Shown: one piece after another, positions 49,481 to 63,340 of the stretch | How positions within the stretch are numbered: the first letter of the stretch is position 1 | Layout: each line of letters begins with the position of its first letter | Source of the DNA: Octopus sinensis | Taxonomy: Eukaryota | Reading direction: 5' to 3' | Assembly: GCF_006345805.1 (NCBI RefSeq) | Contig: NC_043001.1 | Location: 86,490,001 to 86,554,000 of the forward strand | Length of the DNA: 64,000 nucleotides | Position numbers and translations under genes: made by a program | The notes under the pieces: model-generated | Database searches by the model: none | The model's input: the letters and a program-made list of their open reading frames with translations, nothing else | What the model was told of the DNA's origin: nothing

Positions 49481-50929
49481 AGCTTGTCCAAGATTTTGGT
49501 ATAGTCCCACATTGAAAAGACTGTTCTAGTGGAACTTCATCTTAATCATTGTCATCATCATCATCCTCACTCCTACTACCATCATCCTCATCATCACTAT
49601 CATCATTATCATTATCGTAATCCCCATCATTATCACCATCACCATCTCCACTATCATCACTTCACCAACACCACCACCACTATATTCCAGAAATCCTGGA
49701 GTATTATTTCTGAAGTTATATCATTCTAATGTAGATTTTGCTTTTTGAAATTTGAAATTATCAAAATTGGCTGGCCTCAAAATTGTAGCTTTGCACCTAA
49801 ATTAGAAACAATAATGACAATGATAACTGTTTCTGATTTCTGCATGAAAAATTTAGGGGCATCACAACTAATTGGAAAAGCGTTAAAAGACAGCAGAGAG
49901 CAGATATATAAGTCATGGGAAAAAAAAAAAAAAAAAATAGCAGGCACGGGAGTGGCTCTGTGGTAAGAAGTGGCAAGCTGGCAGAAACCTTAGCACGCCA
50001 GGCGAAATGCTTTGTGGTATTTCATCCGTCGCTGCATTCTGAGTTCAAATTCCGCCGAGGTCGACTTTGCCTTTCATCCTTTTGGGGTCGATAAATTAAG
50101 TACCAGTTACGCACTGGGGTTGATGTAATCGACTTAATCTCTTTGTCTGTCCTTGTTTGTCCCCTCTATGTTTAGCCCCTTGTGGGCAATAAAGAAATAA
50201 GAAGCTTGCTTCCCAACCACATGGTTCCAGGTTCAGTCCCACTGCGCAGCACCTTGGTCAAGTGTCTTTTACTATAGCCTTGGGCTGACAAAAGCCTTGT
50301 GAGTGGATTTAGTAGACAGAAACTGAAAGAAGCATGTCATGTGTGTGTGTGTGTATTTGTGTTGTCCCCCCCACACACACACCATCGCTTGACAACCAAT
50401 GTTAGTCTGTTTACATACCCATAACTTAACGGTTTAGCAAAAGAGAGCAATGGAATAATTAGTAGGCTTACAAAAAATAAGTCCTGGGGTTGATTTGTTC
50501 AACTAAAGGCAGTGCTCTAGCATGGGCACAGCCAAATGACTGAAACAAGTAAAAGAATAGAAGAATAAAAGAATGCAAACTTCATGAGTAACATTCAGAA
50601 TAAAACACAAAAAGATAAAAAAGTGGACATTAAAAAAAAATCCTAAAGAGAAAGGGGTGCATAAGTATGTCAGGAGTTGTTTGTTCCTTCATGAGCCAGG
50701 CCTGGTTCATAGGGCCGGTTCCCCAGTTTCCTTGGCATATAGTGAGAGAAAGTTGTGATGAAAGAGTCAGCAGAAGTTCGCCATTACCTTCTGCCAGAGC
50801 CACGTGGAGCTTAGGTGTTTCACTCATAAAAACACTCATCGCCCGGTCTGAGATTCAAACCCACGATCCCTCGACCGCAAGTCTGCTGCTCTAACCACTA
50901 GGCCATGTGCCTCCACTATGTCAGGAATA

Positions 50930-51360
50930 GTGTTGAAGAATTTTGGAAAGCATGGTATTTTTAAAGGATGCAGTGTCCTGATAATTAACTAGTGATGTGG
51001 ATAATTTATTCCATGTATCAATCCTTATGAGCATGAAAAACTGTTTCTGAAAGTTGTGGGTACTGTGCTGATTTATGATGTTACAAACATATCCACAAGT
51101 GGAAGAACCATTAAATTCAAAAAGGTGGCTAAAATTCTTACTGGAAAGATGGTGGATATAATCTTGTGGGCTTTTACAAAGTCAGCTGTTAGACACCAAA
51201 ACTTAAGTGTGTCAATACTCAGAGAAGTAAGATGTTCAAAATTAGGTAAGTGACTGATAGAGGGTATTTGCCTGATTGTATGTTCTGGACAGCTTCTAGC
51301 AGATTGATATTCTGGACAAGATAGGGGTTCCAGACTGGAGATGCACACTGTATGTGGGGA
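50930..51360 (-). mobile_element. CR1 LINE 3' fragment
   Basis: PHIQCASPVWNPYLVQNINLLEAVQ. Confidence 0.8.
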
Positions 51361-51986
51361 CATACATATATACATATATATATAGTCATATACATGTGTA
51401 TAGTCATATATAGCTTTAAACAAAAAAATAAATAGAAATTTGTTACTCACTTTACTTGTTTCAGTCATTTGACTGTGGCCATGCTGGAGAACCACCTTTA
51501 GTCAAGGAAATCAACCCCAAGACTTATTCTTTGTAAGCCTAGTACTTATTCTATCGGTCTCTTTTGCTGAACCACTAAGTTACGGGTATGTAAACACACC
51601 AGCATCGGTTGTCAAGCGATGTTGGGAGGACAAACACAGACGCACAAACATATACACACACATACATATATATACATATATACGACAGGCTTCTTTCAGT
51701 TTCCGTCTACCAAATCCACTCACAAGACTTTGGTTGGCCCGAAGCTATAGTAGAAGACACTTGCCCAAAGTACCACACAGTGGGACTAAACTCAGAACCA
51801 TGTGGTTTGTAAGCAAGCTACTTACAACACAGACACCCTTACCCCTGTTGAAAAAATTTAATACATTTTTTTTTCTTTTATTTATTTTTCAATTCTTTTC
51901 ATTCATTGTTTTGCATCTTATTAAGCAATTAAAAATTGTCATATCTCCTCTCATCTATTCTTTTTTTTTTTCCTCTGCATTATTAG

Positions 51987-52096
51987 AAAAATATATTGCC
52001 AAATCTGCCTGTCCACATGATGTGAAGAATGTTTTACCAAAGTTCAAAGTGAACACCAATAATCCAGAGCTTAAGCAATGTTACTTCACAACTTAA
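51987..52096 (+). CDS. ITIH: ITIH-like last coding exon (KKYIAKSACPHDVKNVLPKFKVNTNNPELKQCYFTT*)
   Basis: Poly-T tract then cattattAG, phase 1, TAA stop; CYF resembles the terminal CWF of ITIH. Confidence 0.72.
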
Positions 52097-52272
52097 TTAC
52101 TATTGCTTAGACTCTCCAAAAATATTTCATCTACATATTTGAGGAACAAATAAGCTTGTGTGCAAAACGTCAACAAAATGGAAAAGACATTTTGTTTTTA
52201 TTTGTCCTAATTTTTAAAGTAAGTACTGCCTAGATAATCAAATATCCTCAAATTATTTTCGTAACCTTCATA

Positions 52273-52278
52273 AATAAA
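52273..52278 (+). terminator. Candidate polyadenylation signal AATAAA
   Basis: AATAAA about 180 nt after the stop; the region is AT-rich, so specificity is low. Confidence 0.3.
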
Positions 52279-52544
52279 ATACATTAATCCATTCTTGGAG
52301 ATTCTCTCATTTATTCCATTTGTTAACATGCTTCAAACTCATTGTTTTAATCGAATTTGTTATTCTCTTTGCATGAACTAGCTTCACAGATAACGATTCT
52401 TCTAACTGTTAACCTCATATACCATCATTTATTTTTTTATCTTTTACTTGTTCCACTCATTGGACTGCAGCCACTCTAGGGCACTGCTTTGAAAGGTTAG
52501 GTTGAACAAATCAACCCCAGTATTTATACAGCTCTATATTTAAG

Positions 52545-52697
52545 AGATGAGGAATTATGTACATTATTTACATTCGATGGATATTTGTCCTCATCTTGTT
52601 TGTTGTTAACACGTTTCAGCTGATATACCCTCCGGCCTTCTTCAGGTGTCTTGGGGAAATTTCGAACTTGGGTTCTCATTCCTAAGGTATTCTTCGA

Positions 52698-52737
<40 letters not shown>

Positions 52738-52899
52738 GTTCAGGTCACTGCTTGGAATCAAACTTGGAATCTTGGGGTTGGTAGCCTGCACTCTTAACCA
52801 CTACGCCATATGCCCATAATAATAATAACATCGCCATATGCCCATAATAATAATAACATCGAGGAATACCTTAGGAATGAGAATCCAGGTTCGAAATTT
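52545..52899 (-). mobile_element. tRNA-headed element with (AAT)n spacer and hammerhead-type 3' module, plus inverted duplication
   Basis: A box tggcgtagtgg, B box gtttgattcc; CUGAAGA..stem..GAAACG at 52605-52650; 55-bp inverted repeat. Confidence 0.65.
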
Positions 52900-54125
52900 A
52901 AGAGAGAATATTTTTCTCCTTGGTAATTGAAATGAATTTGTCTTTAAAATTGAAATATGTTACAAACATATTTTAACTAACCTAAAGATTTATGCCTAAA
53001 TACTGCTTGGTGCTAATACTGCTGAGCCCTAGCTGGTGGGGGTGCTTGCCTCCCCTTCACAAATATAAGGACACAGGAAATGTGTCAAAGCCGACAGGAA
53101 GCGTCGATGCTTCCTAGGGCTGAATAGCAGTGGTGTAATTCCCTTTATGGGACTGTCATGTTAAGTTGACAGTATACAACCACTGTATATATATATGTAT
53201 ATATATATATATACGTTTATATATTTGTTGTATATGTGTATAAATATAAATATATATATATATATATGTGTATAAATATAAAAATATATATATGTGTATA
53301 AATATAAATATATATATGTATGTGTGTATGTATATTTGAAAAAATGAATAGAGATGGCTTTCGGGGGGATAATTTTTATTTTAATGATAATGTTTACAGT
53401 TAAATGAGTTTCGAGCTGTTTTCAAACTGAAATTCTTTGGTTTAGAAGGTTTTTTATATAGCAAAAGATTTTTTTTCTTACAAGTATACATATAAAAAAT
53501 AAAAATAGAAAATAAAAGATAGAAAAAAAATAAAAAATAAAGAATATAAAAAAATAATATAAAAATTAATAAAAGAATACTAAAAGCAAATACAACAGCA
53601 TGTGTGAAAAAAGAAGAAAGAAAAGAAGGAAAAAGTAAAAAGGAAGAAAGAAAAGAAAAAGGTGGAAGGTAAGAAGACAAAAAGCGGTTGAAAATGGTAG
53701 TGAGAAGAGATTAGTCTGTCAGGAAAAAAGAAATGAAATATTTTTAGAAGTGGTCAAAAATGTTGTTGAGTTCTTGTCAAAAGATGATCTTTGTGAATCT
53801 ATTGATTTGAGGTCATTGTATTCATTTTTCACAGTTGGTATGGTGTGCCCTTATTTAGTCATATATATACACACACAAACACACACATGCATACATCCAC
53901 ATGCACAGACAGCCACACATGTACATATGCGTGTTTACATACATACACACACATATGCACACACACACACACTGACATGCCTGCATCTACGTACACATAT
54001 ATTTGTACATACACACATATACACATATATTCGCACATACACATGTCTCCATGTGTATACATATATATAAATATCCATACATACACATGTGCATATATAC
54101 ACATAGATATATAAACACCCACACC

Positions 54126-54173
<48 letters not shown>

Positions 54174-54429
54174 TACATACATGTATATGTGTAAACATGC
54201 ATATCGGTTCACACACACACAAGAGGGTGTACATCCATACAAACTTATATCTCTATATTTTTATGTAATTATACATACATACCTGCACACACATGTATAC
54301 ATATATACACTCACCTACAGATATTTCCACACATATATGCACATGCATACACAAGATAGTACAAAAAAGAGTGTATACTCATATGAAGTGGATGTAAGTG
54401 TCATCAAAACACAGGATTAGATCTCTTAC

Positions 54430-56215
54430 TCTCAAGGGTCCCAGATGAATTTAACTTGACGGCAAGAAGTGTAAAAGAAGACAGCGGTGTCAGATTCTCT
54501 CATGCATCGAATGTCAAGTTCTAAGAAAAAATTTTTTAGCAAAGTAAAAAGTGTGGATGTCGTAAAATCAAATGGTGGAGCCCCAGCATGGTCATAGTTC
54601 AAACTAGTTCAATTCAATTCAAACATGTTCAAACTAGTTCAAACTAGTTCAATTCACAGTTCAATTCAATTTGGTTCATATATACTTTTCCTTATTCAGG
54701 CAGTTTAGTCGGTGTCTTTCTGTGGATTGTTGAGATGGTAGTTCTGGTGGTTGTGGTATTATTTTTTGTTCAGTTTTGGCTGATATTTTTTAATACAATA
54801 TTCTTCCTTGGCCTTACGAAAATGTTCATTTTCTGTCTGCAGTTTGAAGAAAGGGAATATTTTGAATTTTCTTTTTCCACATTTTTCAAAATGTTCATTA
54901 CAGGTTGTGTTTCTAACAGAGGGATCATGGATCTGTTGTTTGTGTACCCTTAGTCTCTCATATAGTCCAATGCTCGCTTCACCAATGTTGTATTCGTTAC
55001 ATTCAGGGCATGTGGCACAGTAAATTAAATTCCTGAATTTGCAATTTTGCCAGTGCCGCTGGACTGGCTCCTGTGCAGGTGGCACATAAAAAGCACCATC
55101 TGAGCATGGCCGTTGCCAGTACCGCCTGACTGGCCCTTATGCTGGTAGCACGTAAAAGCACGCACTACACTCTCGGAGTGGTTGGCATTAGGAAGGGCAT
55201 TCAGCCGTAGAAATTCTGCCAGATCAGATTGGAGTCTGGTGCAGCCATCTGGTTCGCCAGACCTCAGTCAAATCATCCAACCCATGCTAGCATGGAAAGC
55301 AGATGTTAAATGATGATGATGATTTGCATTTATTTTGAAAGTGTCATTGTTCTTGAAAGTAATTTGTTCTCCCTCTTCAATATAGTCACATGTTCCACAA
55401 TGAGGGTCATCACATTTTTTAAACTCTCTTTGTTGTTTCTGTGGTTGTAAATTTTGCTTGGGTTCAGAGGTTTTTTTTATGTTGCCTGCTTGCCATCTGC
55501 TATAAATTATTTTTGAGTTTGTTATTAATTGGTTCATTCTTGATGAATGTTCAAGGATTGGGAGGTATTGTTTTGCAGTGCTGATGATGTTATGATTTCT
55601 TGGGTAGTGGGTGATGACAAAAGAAATGCTTATAAGTTCATTTTCATTTTTATTTTTGTGTGTTTGTTTTTCTCTGAAGGTTGTAGTTGAGATGCTTTTT
55701 GCTTTGGTGATTGCTGTGTCAATTAAAATAGTGGGATAATTTTGTTCCTTCAGAATTATTTTAAATTCCTGTAATCAAGGGTCCCTTAATTCTGCATCTA
55801 TTACTATCATGCAAATTCTTTTTGCCATATTAAAGAGTATGTTTCTTTTGGTATGTGAAGGATGAGAGGAATGAAAGTTAAAATATTTGTGAATGTCTGT
55901 AGGTTTGTAGAAGAGATCTGTTTTATAGTGTTATTTTCTTTACTTAGAAGTATGTCCAAAAATGGTAATTCTCTTGTTTTGTTCCATGGTAAATTTTATA
56001 GAAGTGTGTAAGTTGTTTAAAAGTGAGTTAAATATTCTTAAGTCTTCTTGGTTTTTAGTCCAGTATATAAAGCAATCATCTAAATACCATTTCCAATTCT
56101 TTTTTTATATAAATGGAGAACTGTTCACTAAAAGTTTCCATTAGTTGGGTATAAAGTTTGACCTCTAAGAAGCCCATAATGAGTGTTGCATATGGGGGAG
56201 GTGATGGGGACAAAA
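54430..56215 (-). mobile_element. Penelope-like retroelement (RT remnant + GIY-YIG) interrupted by a family D copy at 55040-55320
   Basis: PYATLIMGFLEVKLY, CDDPHCGTCDYI, NLIYCATCPECNEYNIGE...ERLRVH...KYQPKLN. Confidence 0.85.
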
Positions 56216-56890
56216 GTAACACCCGACATATGCAACACACACTCACAGTCTCACATATGCAGCACACACTCAGTCTCTTTTGCCAAACCACTAAATTATG
56301 GGCATGTAAACACACCAATATTGGTTGTCAAATGATGGTGGGGTGACAAACACAACACACAAACATACACACACACATATACAATGGGCTTCTTCCAGTT
56401 TCTGTCTACCAAATCCACTCACAAGGCTTTGGTTGGCCTGAGGCTATAGTAAAAGACACTTGACCAATGTGCCACACTGGGATTGAACCTGGAACCATGT
56501 GGTTAGGAAGCAAGCTTCCTACTGCACAGCCACTCCTGTGGGGATTGGCATCTATAACACTTGTCTTATGAAAATATGCACCAACAAAAATTAAGAAAGA
56601 CATGACTATGTGTAACACAATGATTCATCAGTTTAAATAATAATACATACATCATACATATATACATACACGTCTGTGCATGTGTATGTATGTTTGTATG
56701 TATGTATGTATACAATGAATACACTCATCAAAATTCCTATTGTAATAATAAACATATGACATCAATGTTCCATTGCTCAACACCCACAGAAAGAAATAGA
56801 AGAAAATATAAGAATGAAAACACAACATCAAATATGTTTCCTAATGTTACCTTTCAATAGAATTTTCTATTTGGAATGGATGTATTGTGT

Positions 56891-56921
<31 letters not shown>

Positions 56922-57270
56922 AACACACACATGCATGCATGCACACACATGCACACACACACATATATACATATATATATATGCATATACTCTTTACTCT
57001 TACTCTTTTACTTGTTTCAGTCATTTGACTGTGGCCATGCTAGAGCACTGCCTTTAATTGAGCAAATCGACCCCAGGACTTATTCTTTGTAAGCCTAGAA
57101 CTTATTCTATCGGTTTCGTTTGCCGAACTGCTAAGTTACGGGGACGTAAACACACCACAATAGGTTGTCAAGTGATGTTGGGAGGACAAACACAAACACA
57201 TAAACACACATACATACATATATATGACAGGCTTCTTTCAGTTTCTGTCTACCAAATCCACTCACAAGGC

Positions 57271-58560
57271 TTGCAGTCCATACACTTCTTCCATTGGTGT
57301 TGCAGTGTTTGGATATCCCTGTGGAAGAGGCTTTCATACTATTGACCAAAAAAGCCATCAACAGTAGATATGATGTCATCATCACTGCAATACTAGTTTC
57401 CAGTCAAGTGTTTTTTCATTTTGGGGAAGAGCTGATTGTCAGATTGAGCCAAATCAGGGAGAACAGGAACAGTGATCAACCAGTTAAAAACTACAGTCAT
57501 GCACAGTAGCCATTGAAATGAAGGACTTGTGTGTCGTAAGACAAGTGTTATGGATGCCAATCCCCACAGGAGTGGCTGTGCAGTAGGAAGCTTGCTTCCT
57601 GGCCACATGGTTCCGGGATTAGTCCCACTGTGTGGCACCTTGGTCAAGTGTCTTTTACCATAGCCTCAGGCCAACCAAAGCCTTGTGAGGGGATAAAACA
57701 AGATCCCATTCATCAGTTTCCCTAGGTGTTTGGTATTGATAGGCTTTCATAACTGCCACATTGATGGTGGGAACCTTTTGAAGAGAGTCAATAAACACAA
57801 TGCATTTTGCATCTGGAAAACCAGAGGCCATCACCTTCTCTGCAGATGAAACAACCATGACCTTCTTTGGAGCAGGTGAGGAGGGGGTGTTTCCACTGCA
57901 CAGATTGTCTCTTTGTCTCTGGCTCAAAGGTGTAGGAAATGTTCAAGGAAAGCAACTGGATCTACCTCAAACAATGTCAGATTTTTCCCATGATGTGATC
58001 AGCTTGATGCTCTTTTGATCAGGTATCAAAAAATGTGGAAACCATCGAGCAGAAACTATCATCATGTTAAAGTTCATTGTGCAGAATATTCTTAACTCTC
58101 TCATGGGATATGCTAAAGATTTGCCTAGTTGATTTATAGTCAATCACCTGTCATCCAACAGCATGTGGTGAACATGATCAGTGTTTTCCTCAATGGTGGC
58201 AGGTGGGTTGTCTTCAAGACTTTCCCTTCTCCTCCTAAATTCAGCAGTCTATTTTTGCACTGTTGATAATGCTGGAGCATCATCCCCTAATGTAGCAACC
58301 ATGTCTGCATGAATGTCGTTGGGCGCCAAACCTTTTCTCTCTGGGTACCTGATAACACCACAATGCGAAATTTTGTCCATTTTCAAGAGAAGTTGTTACT
58401 AGATATATTTGAAGTCTTCTTTGAACAGTCAAATGCCAGTTTACCTGGAAAGAAACAATACAGTTATTAATATGAAGAGTTGAAATTAATGCATGCAAGA
58501 TTTCAAAGTTCTCACATCACACCTTCATAGTAAGGCTATGAACTTCTCAGCCTTCCCTTG
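57271..58560 (-). mobile_element. Mariner (DD34D, Mos1-like) transposase pseudogene
   Basis: SSPAPKKVMVVSSAEKVMASGF.DAKCIVFID; PDLAQSDNQLFPKMKKHL. Confidence 0.88.
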
Positions 58561-59039
58561 AATCTTATATGTTTTACCTATATGTACAAAACTGTACATG
58601 TGAATAAATAATATTCTTTCCTACTCTAGGCCCAAGGTCCGAATTTTTTGGGGAGGGACCCAGTTGATTAGTTCGATCCCAGTACGCAACTGGTACTTAA
58701 TTTATCGACCCTGAAAGGATGAAAGGCAAAGTCGACCTCAGCAGAATTTGAACTCAGAACATAAAGACAAACGAAATACCACTAAGCATTTTGCCCAGCA
58801 TGCTAACGTTTCTTTCAGCTCACCACCTTAATAATATTGAAATTATAAATAACATCAAAATTATTATGTGAATAAAGGATATCAAAATTATTTTCCAATC
58901 TCCTGCTTTCATATATACAAACATGAGGAGATGTTAAAAAGTTCCTGGCTTTAAGGGTATTGCGAAAGGCTGACTGGAGGCCCATCCTTCCAAGTTCTTT
59001 TACAGGACTTAGAAAACCATATATATATATATGGAGAGG

Positions 59040-60780
59040 GTCATAGCCCAACTAATTCAGGAGTGAGTTAGTTTAGATGAGATGCAGTTTGGGTTTGTGC
59101 TACGGAGAAGCACCACTGATATTATATTTCTGATAAGACAGCTGCAGGAGTAACTCCTAACCAAAGTAAACCTCTGTACTTGGCTTTTATTGATATGGAG
59201 AAAACTTTTGACAGGGTCCCCCAATCACTTATCTGGTGGTCAATGCAGAAACTAGGAATAGATGAGTGGTTAGTGAGAGCTGTACAAGTCATGTACAGGG
59301 TTGGCAATGAGTATAGTGAAGAAGTCCAGATACAAGTAGGGGTTCACCAAGGATCAGTCCTCAGCCCCCTCTTATTCATCATAGTCCTCCAAGCAATAAC
59401 AGAGGAATTCAAGACAGGCTTCCCCTGGGAGCTCCTCTATACTGATGACCTTGATCTAATAGCTGAGTCACTACCAGAAATAGAGATGAAGTTTCAGATA
59501 TGGAAGCAAGGTCTAGAATCAAAGGGCCTTAGAGTTAACCTAGCAAAAACCAAAGTCTTAGTAAGTGGGAAGGCAGACAAATCATAAATCACTTCAGGTA
59601 GATGGCCCTGCTTGATCTGTTGAAAAGATGAAGGTAGAAATTCCACAAGCTGTACTCGATGTAAGCTATAGACACATAAGAGGTGCAGCAATATCAAAGG
59701 AAGGTTAACTGAGAAGATAGTTTTTGTGTGTGGTAGATGCACAGGTGCAATAAACACTGAAGATGTACAGAAAACAGATTTCACTACACGGCAGGGGAAG
59801 AAACTAGAAGTAGTTGATAGCTTTTGTTACCTAGGTGACCAAGTCAGTATTGGGGGTGGATACTCTGAGAGCATAGCTGCTAGAATAAGAATAGCTTGGG
59901 AAAAGTTTAAAGAGCTCTTTCCTCTGCTGGTAACAAAGTCTCTCACTCAGAATGAAAGGTAAACTGTATAGTGCCTGTGTTTGAACAGCTATGCTACATG
60001 GCAGTGAAACATAGGCTTGAAAGAAATGAAGCTAGTATGCTCCACTGGATGTGTAATGTCAGTGAGCATATATGACAGAGTGTAAGTGCCCTGAGAGAAA
60101 AGTTGGACATCAGAAGCATCAGATGTGGTGTGCAAGGGAGACAACTGCACTGGTATGGTCATGTGCTGTATATGGATGAGGACAGCTGTGTGCAGAAGTG
60201 TCACACCCTAACAGTGGAGAGAACCTGTGGAAGAGGTAAACCCAGGAAAACATAAGATGAAGTGGTGAAGCACAACCTTCGATTTTTGGGCCTCTTAGGA
60301 GCAATGACAAGCAACTTTTGGAAAGATGCTGTGCTTGAGAAGACCCAGCAAGCCAAGTGTGATCATAGCCGTGGCTGATGCCAATGTCATATAACTGGCC
60401 CATTTAAAAATACTCTTTAATTATTGGGCAATATGCTGTGCCAGTGAAGGCCTATTGAACTAAGTGAAATTAAAGTTGTGGCCAATGCCGATGCTGCCTG
60501 ACTGGCACCCATGTAGGAGGCATGTAAAAAGCACCATTTGAGTGTGATTGATGCCAGTGCCACCTGACTGGCTTCCATGCAGTGGCATGTAAAAAGAACC
60601 CACTACACACTTGAAGTGGTTGGCATTAGGAAAGGCATCCAGCAGTAGAAACCTTGCTAAATCAGATTGGAGCATGGTGCAGCCTCCCAGCTTGCAGTCC
60701 TCAGGCAAGCCGTCCAACTCATACCAGCAAGGAAAGTGAATGTTAAATGACGACGATGAGGATGATGATGATGATGCTAT
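59040..60780 (+). mobile_element. RTE-clade LINE, 5'-truncated, with family D-type (GAT)n tail
   Basis: QFGF..RRSTTD, AFIDMEKTFDRVP, GVHQGSVLSPLLF, LLYTDDL, LRVNLAKTK. Confidence 0.92.
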
Positions 60781-60786
60781 GTATGC

Positions 60787-60840
<54 letters not shown>

Positions 60841-60981
60841 ATATGTATGTATGTTGTATGTATGTATGTATGTATGTATGTATGTATGTATGTATGTATG
60901 TATGTATGTATGTATGTATGTATGTGTGTATGTATTATTGAGAGAGAGAGTGAGAGAGAGAGACAGAAAAGACAGGCAAAC

Positions 60982-61050
<69 letters not shown>

Positions 61051-61709
61051 GGCAGGCAGGCAGGCAGGCAGACAGGCAGGCAAGCAGGCCGGCAGACAGA
61101 CAGACAGACAGATAGATACAGAGAGAGAGTAAAATAGAGCCATTCATAAACACATCCACAAATATATATGCATACACACATACATTAATACATACAAATT
61201 ATATTTACACACACACATACACACACACACACACATCTACTTGCATATGCTTAACTGTTACCCAGCAAATCTAATAACCAGCAGCTTGTTTGTTTATGGA
61301 TCCTCAAATAACTATATAATCCAATACGGTGCACCCCAGCTTCTGTTGCAATTATAACATCTAGATGTTTTGCTGTACCTCTTCTTCTATTAACAGTATA
61401 TTTCTCCTATATATTGTTAATTACTATTTGACTGTGTGACTGCTAAAGTGCTCAGTGGGGAAAGGTTGATTTCACTAATTAAGGCATTATTGTTTCTTCT
61501 GTTCAAATTAATCTTCAGCTGTTCTTTGATCATGGTGTAGCTAAGCGGTACAGGATCCTTAGAAATATTATGTGTCTGAGTCATCACAACTGATGCATGT
61601 ATAATGAGGATTCAAAGCTGCTAACTTTGGGCCTGTGGAGGATTTTGTTGTGCATATCATATCTCACCAGGTGACTGAATATATGTCTGTATATTGTGGA
61701 GGAGTGGAG

Positions 61710-62210
61710 ACGTGTGGCTTAGTGGTTAGAGTGTCAGCATCATGATCATAAGATCGTGGTTTCGATTCCTGGACTGGGCGATGCATTGTATTCTTGAGCA
61801 AAACACTTCATTTCACATTGCTCCAGTCCACTCAGCTGGCAAAAATGAGTAACGCTGCAATGGACTGGCATCCCGTCCAGCTGGGGAACACATATGCCAC
61901 TGAAACTGGGAAACTGGGCCCATGAGCCTGGCTAGGCTTTAAAAGGGTGCATTTATTATTTGTGGAGGCATGTGGTTTAGTGGTTAGGGTGTTTAACTCA
62001 TGATGGTAAGGTTGTGGTTTCGATTCCTGGACCAGGCAATGCATTGTGTTCTTGAGCAAAACACTTCCTTTTACGTTGCTCCAGTCCACTCAACTGGCAA
62101 AAACGAGTAAATCTGTGACAGACCGGCGTCCCGTCCAGGTGGGGAATTTCTATGCCACTGAAACCGGGAAACTGGGCCCATGAGCCTAGCTAGGCTTTAA
62201 AAGGGCACAT
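61710..62210 (+). mobile_element. Tandem family B SINEs
   Basis: Two head-to-tail copies. Confidence 0.85.
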
Positions 62211-62214
62211 TTTT

Positions 62215-62920
62215 AAATTATATTGTGGAGGGAGATCTCTCTGCTCAATATGTAGAAAAAGTGTAGGTAGAAATTCCATAAGGAGTACTCAGTGCAAGCT
62301 AGAGACACATAAGTGGTGCAACAATATCAGAGGAAGGTTAACATAGAAAGCAGTCTTTGTGTGTGGCAGATGTATAAGTATGATAAACACTAAGAATATA
62401 CAGAAAATAGACTTTGTCAATTGCCTGAGGCAGGGAGGATGCTTGAAAGTATAGAGAGCTTCCATTACCTTGTTGACTAAGTCAGCAGTGAAGAAGGATG
62501 CTCTGAGAGCATAGCTGCTAGAATAAGAATGGACTGGGTAAAGTTTAGGGTGCTTCTATCTTTGTTGATAACAAAGGCCTCTCACTCAAGGTAAAAGGCA
62601 GATTATATGAGGCTTGTGTGCAAAGAGCCATGCTACATGGTAATGAAACATGTGCTGTAACTGCAGAGGACATGCAAAGACTTGAAAGAAATGAAGCTAG
62701 TATGCTTCACTGAATGTGCAATGTTAGTGTGCATGAATGACAGGGTGTGTCTTGAGAGGAAAATTGAGTATAAGGGTATCAGATGTAGTGTGCAAGAAAG
62801 AAGACTGTGCTGGTATGGTCATGTGATGCATATGGATGAGGACAGGTGCATAAAGAAGTGCCAGTTTCTAACTGTGGAGGGAACCTGTGGAAGAGATAGA
62901 CTTAAGAAGACAGGGGACGA
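62215..62920 (+). mobile_element. Second RTE LINE 3' fragment
   Basis: RCSVQERRLCWYGHVMHMDEDRCIKKC; parallels 59650-60270. Confidence 0.85.
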
Positions 62921-62924
62921 GGTG

Positions 62925-63340
62925 ATGAGCTGGCAGAAATGTTAGCATGCCGGGCGAAATGCTTAGCAGTATTTCATCTGTCGCTATGTTCTGAGTTCAA
63001 ATTCCGCCGAGGTCGACTTTACCTTTCATCCTTTCGGGGTCGATTAAATAAGTACCAGTTACACACCGAGGTCGATATAATCGACTTAATCCACTTGTCT
63101 GTCCTTGTTTGTGTCCTCTGTGTTTAGCCCCTTGTTTGTAGTAAAGAAGTAGGTATTTCATCTGCCGCTACGTTCTGAGTTCAAATTCTGCCGCGGTCGA
63201 CTTTGCCTTTCATCCTTTCGGGGTCAATTAAATAAGTACCAGTTATGCACTGGGGTCGATATAATCGACTTAATCCCTTTGTCTGTCCTTGTTTGTCCCC
63301 TCTATGTTTAGACCCTTGTGGGTAGTAAAGAAATAGGTGG
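62925..63340 (+). mobile_element. SINE family A multimer
   Basis: Full copy plus headless copy. Confidence 0.85.

Larger units (their letters stand above)
17096..52096 (+). other. ITIH: ITIH-like gene (VIT + vWA + ITI_HC_C-like), 12 traced coding exons, 806 aa; N-terminal exon(s) unresolved
   Basis: Exons joined manually with GT-AG boundaries and consistent phases; total 2421 nt, ending in TAA. ITIH motifs recognised: YRFATT..NFSM, GYFVHFF.P, DVSGSM.G.K, GTNI, FLTDG, YKFVTPLTSMVVTK. Vertebrate paralog cannot be assigned. Confidence 0.92.

Noticed and set aside
3860-63340. tRNA genes suggested by A/B boxes
   Set aside because: All are SINE heads running into SINE bodies; no complete cloverleaf was found.
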